Part shown: piece by piece, positions 9,561 to 14,538 of the stretch | Layout of the letters: each line of letters starts with the position of its first letter | Numbering within the stretch: the first letter of the stretch is position 1 | Source: Octopus sinensis | Lineage: Eukaryota | Direction of reading: 5' to 3' | Assembly: GCF_006345805.1 (NCBI RefSeq) | Contig: NW_021825789.1 | Coordinates: forward strand, 1 to 14,538 | Length of the DNA: 14,538 bases | Translations under genes and position numbers: made by a program | The notes under the pieces: model-generated | What the model saw: the letters and a program-made list of their open reading frames with translations, nothing else | What the model was told of the DNA's origin: nothing | The model's database searches: none

Positions 9561-9858
9561 GTTCAACGTCCGTTTTCCGTGCTAGCACGGGTTGGACAGT
9601 TTGACCGGGGTCTGGGAAGCCAGGAGGCTGCACCAGGCTCCAGTCTGATCTGGCAGTGTTTTTACAGTTGGATGCCCTTCCCAACGCCAACCACTCCGTG
9701 AGTGTAGTGGGTGCTTTTTTCGTGCCACCGGCACAGGTGCCCGGGGGGGGGGCTGGCAGCGGCCACGATCGGTTGGTGCTTTTTACGTGCCACCGGCACA
9801 GAAGCCAGTCTGGGCAGCGCTGCCATCGGTCACGTTCGGATGGTGCTTTTTACGTGCC
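9492..9858 (-). mobile_element. 5'-truncated SINE/LINE-tail repeat with a (GAT)23 3' tail and three ~66-bp internal subrepeats
   Basis: (ATC)23 at 9492-9560. Minus strand GGCGTTGGGAAGGGCATCCAACTGTAAAAACACTGCCAGA...CCAACCCGTGCTAGCACGGAAAACGGACGTTGAAC(GAT)n. GGTGCTTTTT(A/T)CGTGCC recurs at 9710, 9775 and 9842. Simple-repeat tails of this kind are typical of RTE-dependent SINEs (family assignment from memory). Confidence 0.75.
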
Positions 9859-9902
9859 GAAAGGAAGCAACAGAAAGTAACAACCACACTCTTACCCGCG
9901 CG

Positions 9903-9907
<5 letters not shown>

Positions 9908-9936
<29 letters not shown>

Positions 9937-9994
9937 TGTATGTATGTATGTATGTATGTATGTATGTATGTATGATATGTATGCATGTATGTAT
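9908..9994. repeat. (TATG)n microsatellite
   Basis: Directly visible. Confidence 0.95.
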
Positions 9995-10043
9995 GTAGGT
10001 AGGTAGGTTGGTAGGTTTGAACGAATATACATACATACATACG

Positions 10044-10440
10044 TGTGGTGAGGCTTAGATTCGAAGCCGTGTATATTTAGTAGCTAGGATTAGGCCACAC
10101 ATTATTTACACACATACCGTTCAGAGTTGGTTTAAACATGGGACAGCAGGCAGCGTAAACTTCATACCAACTAATCAAGACCAATTCTATTCAGTCTGAC
10201 GATGTTGAGCCGACGTTCAAACGTACGTTCGACATTGGTATTACCCGACGTTTAAACAAGCTATCAACATACTAACTTTCGTTGATAAAGAAAGGCCAGA
10301 GAATGAATATATTATGATTTGGCGACCGCCGACATCTAACTTTACAACTTTTACATTGCCGACCCCCCGCCCAAATTCTACAATGTAAACCTCGATGCGA
10401 GGAATGGCAGTCAAATCAAGCCACATTCGCAATCAACGTC
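10044..10440 (+). mobile_element. Ty3/Gypsy relic: internally deleted 5' LTR (family A), degenerate PBS, gag N-terminal fragment
   Basis: Starts TGT. 10044-10100 matches 12748-12804 (43/57) and 10115-10207 matches 13178-13270 (~82%, ungapped). TGGCGACCGCCGAC (10320-10333) resembles the tRNA-Trp PBS TGGTGACCCCGAC. 10367-10437 translates with a frameshift as PPKFYNVNLDA....QI.ATFAIN, like the LPxFW..P..WF.Q.EA.F gag start. Confidence 0.6.
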
Positions 10441-11058
10441 TTTCCAGCCAGCGAATCGATGACCAGCCTGACACTTGACATGGCAGCCAAAAGCAACCAG
10501 CGAGATAACTCGACACCTGGCATTCAACTACAATAAACCTGTAGTGACCCCTGGCGGTCAAGCAGGAAAGCAAAACGAAAAAGTGATCGGATCTTTTCTA
10601 AAAGATGGACAGAATTTCTACTTAACTAAATAATTTGAAACTTCGTATACTGCTGGAATGTGTCAAAAGAAAACATTAATTTCAACTAGTTTTTTTGAGA
10701 AAATTGTATTTTGTAACTTTTATGTAATTTAATTCTTCGAATTTTAACCAATGAAATCCCAGCATTTGAGCTAAATTCATTTGCTGCGTCTAAGTAAACA
10801 GCAGACACATACACACGCACACGTGTTATTCATCCATCACTTCTGTCTTCTGCCTTCTGCAGGTGCTAGAAATAACAGCTATATCTCTTAAATCGATGAA
10901 TTTCGTCGTCCAATAAAAATATTAACGATATTTTGTGGACTTTTAAAACATGTTCGTATTCGTTCCACTTTCGCAGGACATCAATTTTTTTTTGCGGTTT
11001 CCACGCATTGTCTTGTTATTTCCTATAAAGTCATGCCTAACGCACCACTTACATACTT

Positions 11059-11236
11059 CACACGCACACACATACAAAACAAAAACACACACACACGCAC
11101 ACACGCACACATACACAACAAAAACACACACACACACACATACACAACAAAAAAAAACACACACACATACTCAACACACACACACACAACAAACACACAC
11201 ACGCACACACATACACAACAAAAACACACACACACA
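11059..11236. repeat. Compound minisatellite of (CA)n-TACACAACAAAAA units
   Basis: About 5 imperfect units visible. Confidence 0.85.
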
Positions 11237-11320
11237 GGTAATCGTTCCGTAAGTCAGGGATGACATTGAAATAAACATGGGTACCTGTGTGTGTTTTTGT
11301 TGTGTATGTGTGTGCGTGTG

Positions 11321-11711
11321 ATCTAACGAGAGTACTCTCCTTCAACCTTTTCGAAAATTCTCGAACATTCTAGAAGCTTCCAATTGACTTCCGGATGACG
11401 TGGAAGTCAGGGACTTCCGGTTTATCTCTTATATAAAGGAACACATTCTAATTTCGCGCCACTCTTGCCTGTCGGATCCTAGACATGCAATGAGTCACGC
11501 CACTGGCATATACAGCTGCACGCGCGGATGTTCGCCATATTTGTTTTGAGACATGTGGTTGCAAAATATATTCATGTGATGTAACAATCTTTTCCCTTCA
11601 GTTAACCTTATATGTTAACGCATTACATCCAGTAATAAATATATTATGGCTTATTACAAACGTCTCACAAATTCTTATTTTCTTGTCGTTTACGTACAAG
11701 ATGGTGACCCC
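11321..11711 (+). mobile_element. LTR (family B) with adjacent tRNA-Trp primer-binding site; 5' boundary uncertain (~11240-11321)
   Basis: TATATAAA 11430-11437, AATAAA 11634-11639, terminal ...CGTACA ending at 11698, then TGGTGACCCC at 11702-11711 (first 10 nt of the tRNA-Trp PBS TGGTGACCCCGACGTGAT). Confidence 0.7.
11352..11381. promoter_or_regulatory. Perfect six-unit heat-shock element (HSF-binding nGAAn array)
   Basis: cGAAaaTTCtcGAAcaTTCtaGAAgcTTCc: alternating GAA/TTC at exact 5-bp spacing, ~50 bp upstream of the TATA box. Confidence 0.75.
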
Positions 11712-12264
11712 TCTTTCTCGCATGCAATTATAAAAATTATAGGATGTCACTTACTGACGTTCACTATAAACTGCTGAATTCAACAGCGTAAGAGCCACTC
11801 AACAAACTTCCAAGCGATAAACCACGATGAACATACAAATTATTGCAGTTTACTATTCGATATGCTTCTTTACAAAGCACACTATTCAAATGATTAAGAC
11901 TTTCACGCCGTCAACGCCGACACCACTACGACAATGGGTTAACTTCGATATCGGCATTAACAAAACAACTCGTCTCCAGCCGACAACAACGAGACGACTG
12001 ATCTGTTAAGCTAACACGGACCAAACGGTCAAATTACGCGCTCAATTGCGACCGAGGACACAAACGAATTGCAACCAAATGGTTTTGCATACTTGAGTTC
12101 GCAGAAGGGACACCGAAAAACTCTCTTTTCGCATGTATATAAATTTATATTTCATTTCGTTCTAGTTTAAAAATTTTTTTTGTTCTCTCTCTTTTTACTC
12201 CATTTATATCTTTGCAAGTCAGCCATGTCCAAAGTTAATGTTTTTTAGTTTGTTTTTGCAGGAT

Positions 12265-12460
12265 CCACTCGCAGATAAATTCACATGTCACATTCAAACC
12301 CAACAAATGCACATGCAGATAATTTCAGACAGAAGGAATACAACCATGCTTTTCTGCGCCTTGTTTCCAACCATCTATTTTTATCTATACAACCTCTCCC
12401 TGGTTATGTTGATATCAAAATAGGCCTAAATGGCTTAGCACATCCAGCGTCTCGCACTTT
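12265..12460 (+). pseudogene. Ty3/Gypsy pol relic (end of RNase H to start of the integrase zinc-binding domain), heavily deleted
   Basis: LADKFTCHIQ / TNAHADNFR resembles the F...I.H..G..N..AD.LSR motif, and LNGLAHPASRT resembles LH.L.HPG.RAT. Short motifs only. Confidence 0.5.
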
Positions 12461-12699
12461 CCTTCAATATGCACACAGTACTGTTCTTGAAATTTCCATT
12501 TCAGGGACATTTCAGGAACTATTTTCTCTTTCGTATTTTTTATATTTCAGTAATTTAACATTACGAACTTTCAAATTCGTTGTATTTGCTATCACCTTGT
12601 TATACGCATTTTGCATTTTTTAGTTACATTCTTCTAGTGTTTTGCATGCTAATTCCTTGTTTTGTATTGCCTGTGAGTTTTTGCTACAGTTTTTGTTTT

Positions 12700-13270
12700 G
12701 GCTCTCGTTCGCTTTCCTTCTCGAACGCACTAGGGGATGGAGTGTAATGTTGCAAGGCCTAGATTCGAAACCGTGTTGGTTTTGTAACGAGGATTAGACC
12801 ATATCAGACCAGGTGACTACACTACTACCCTTGTAACAATATCACCCCTCTTATCGAATGTTTAAATGTTCTCTCGTAAATTGGGATTGTAAAAGCGAAA
12901 GCGTGGTCAAACACACCAGAGAGGCATATAGATTACACAGACAACAAGTCCCTTCGAAAACTGTTTCTTGGTTGCAACACTCGACCCTGGGTTATAGGAT
13001 TTAGCGACTATAATAAACGGAATATTTTCCCGCCTCTCACTCGAAGCCATTCTTATCGCTTATTAATTTGTCTATGCGCTCCAGTTATACTGGCAGACCG
13101 CAATATAACCCTGGTAAGCATCCGTATTATTATGTAAATATTGTGATGCGCACATGTATAAATAACTGCGTGTTAAATACTGTTCGGAGTTGGTTGTGAT
13201 ATGGGACAGCACGCAGCCTTAACTTCACACCAACTAATCAAGCCCCATTCTATTCAATCCAACAATGGTG
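12700..13270 (+). mobile_element. Ty3/Gypsy 3' end: integrase C-terminus, polypurine tract and 3' LTR (family A); LTR 3' boundary uncertain
   Basis: LVRFPSRTH* (~12704-12733) resembles the R.VR.P.R terminal motif. Purine tract AGGGGATGGAG (12732-12742) lies just before TGT at 12748. Homologous to 10044-10207. TATAAATA near 13157. Confidence 0.65.
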
Positions 13271-13329
13271 GCCCACGAAGATCATACAACCACACGCGTG
13301 CTGCGTAAATATTTACCCCACCTATGAAA

Positions 13330-13715
13330 TTAAAGCGTTGTACTCAAAGACGGTCATCCAATGAACCAGACACACAGAAGTCAAAGAGTACCAAATTCGG
13401 GTTGGATAGTGGATGAAGAACCACTAACAAGCATAATTTGCTGATTACCTGATTTTTTTTTTTGTCAAAGATTTGTTGGGTCGCGTAGTGTCTCAATGCA
13501 CCGCTCGTCATTCACGGCACAGCCACTATCCAGAAAATCAATAAGAATGACGCCCATGACATCTTAAAGAAACATTGTCTATGACTTTCTGTGCCTAATG
13601 TTATATCTTGAACTTATTGGGCTTGGGATGAAAAATAAGTCACCATTCATGGACTGGACCTTCGTTTCCACATCATAAAAATACGTTCATGTTTGATATC
13701 CTATCACCAGATCTA
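13330..13715 (-). pseudogene. Mariner (DD34D) transposase relic, catalytic-domain fragment with internal deletion
   Basis: Minus strand with stops and frameshifts: LVIGYQT*TYFYDVETKVQS (cf. IVTGDETW.YYDPETK.QS), PKPNKFK...QKVI, GVILIDFLDSGCAVNDERCIETL, HPLSNPNLVLFDFCVSGSLDDRL*VQRF (cf. HPPYSPDLAPSDF.LFG.LK..L.G.RF). The HDNA segment is missing. Confidence 0.85.
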
Positions 13716-13764
13716 AAAATAAAATGTGTCTTCATTGATTTTGAAAAGCTTCCAGCAAGTCAGA

Positions 13765-13765
<1 letters not shown>

Positions 13766-13816
<51 letters not shown>
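13766..13816. repeat. (TG)n microsatellite
   Basis: Directly visible. Confidence 0.95.
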
Positions 13817-13817
<1 letters not shown>

Positions 13818-14538
13818 GGGTGTGCGAAGGCGCGTTTGGTTAAGATTTCGATGTTATATTGTGTTCTTCAACTTTTGTCAACTCAGCTATAAACGTGTAA
13901 CCCTTTTGGGTGGGTAACTGTTGTGTAGAGAGCAGTAACTTCATCCACTTTACCGCTACCACGATTGTTTATTTGAAGCAGCCATTTAAAATTGATTTTC
14001 CAATAGCGCTACCTTCGGTAGTTGGAAACTAATTGGAATGGAAAATTCGACGCACAGATGAGTTTTGACTTGTAACCCGCTTTAAAATTCTGCCTTCCAA
14101 CATAGAAGTTACACCACGAACATGGCCTGTTGCTTCCTTGTACTAATAAAGCAATAATTCTTACACATAAGTTCTTCAATCAGACAACTCCAAGATTATT
14201 TATCTCTATGGACAACACTTGCATTCTGTTCTGGGGGAATGTTGGCCTGCGCCGCCTACTCTGTTGTGTGGCATCATTCGAAGGCTGCAACAATGCGTGA
14301 AAGAGCTTTGTGACCGTGTAACAATATCCGATAGTCTAGTCAATACAGCGATACAATGATACACACACGCACACATATGACTCCGAATAAGTCATTACAT
14401 ATATTTTGCAGTTCCGTTTCATCAAACTATTGGTGTTTCCTCTGCATGGGTTCTATTTTGGGAGTAGTGGTCTAACTCTCTCCAGGCAGAACGACAACAT
14501 TGGTACACACATCTGATGATAATCTATATATATAAAAC

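Larger units (their letters stand above)
8120..10040. repeat. 42-bp inverted repeat pair (8120-8161 / 9999-10040)
   Basis: ATGTATGTATGTA(C/T)ATTCGTTCAAACCTACCAACCTACCTAC, 41/42 identical in inverted orientation. Confidence 0.9.

Noticed and set aside
9369-9566. Poly-Asp ORF
   Set aside because: It is the (GAT)23 retroposon tail plus a GA-rich tract.
9710-9858. Three regularly spaced ~25-bp repeats resembling a CRISPR array
   Set aside because: The spacers resemble each other, the context is a eukaryotic retroposon, and there are no cas genes.
10575-10795. AT-rich segment that may be a fragment of a common DNA-transposon-like repeat
   Set aside because: No TIR pair, TSD or second copy in the window to support a call.
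11711-12149. ~30-bp imperfect direct repeat (11711-11741 / 12121-12149)
   Set aside because: Short, AT-rich and gapped; could be chance or an old internal duplication.
13997-14028. Small hairpin TTTCCAA...CTACC-TTC-GGTAG-TTGGAAA (similarly 8688-8726)
   Set aside because: Short stems expected by chance; no supporting context.

Overview
Eukaryotic, gene-free, repeat-dense window. The SINE families and the abundant (TATG)n/(CA)n arrays look like octopus (coleoid cephalopod) DNA, though this is recognition from memory and was not searched. I see no intact host gene; nearly all listed ORFs are microsatellite read-throughs or antisense shadows of transposon relics. In order, the window holds: (1) a TA-flanked Tc1/mariner-pogo-type MITE nested in an 87-bp hairpin element; (2) a trimeric tRNA-derived SINE array bounded by one target-site duplication; (3) a ~310-bp fold-back element whose long inverted arms carry tRNA-like Pol III boxes; (4) two different 5'-truncated R4/Dong-like (restriction-like endonuclease) non-LTR retrotransposons, head-to-tail and in the same orientation inside one (CATA)n microsatellite, sharing a 3' terminal motif - the best candidate for an undescribed target-specific system; (5) a ~1.9-kb block bracketed by near-identical inverted and direct duplications; (6) nested Ty3/Gypsy relics, including an LTR with a perfect six-unit heat-shock element, TATA box, polyA signal and tRNA-Trp primer-binding site; (7) a mariner transposase relic.
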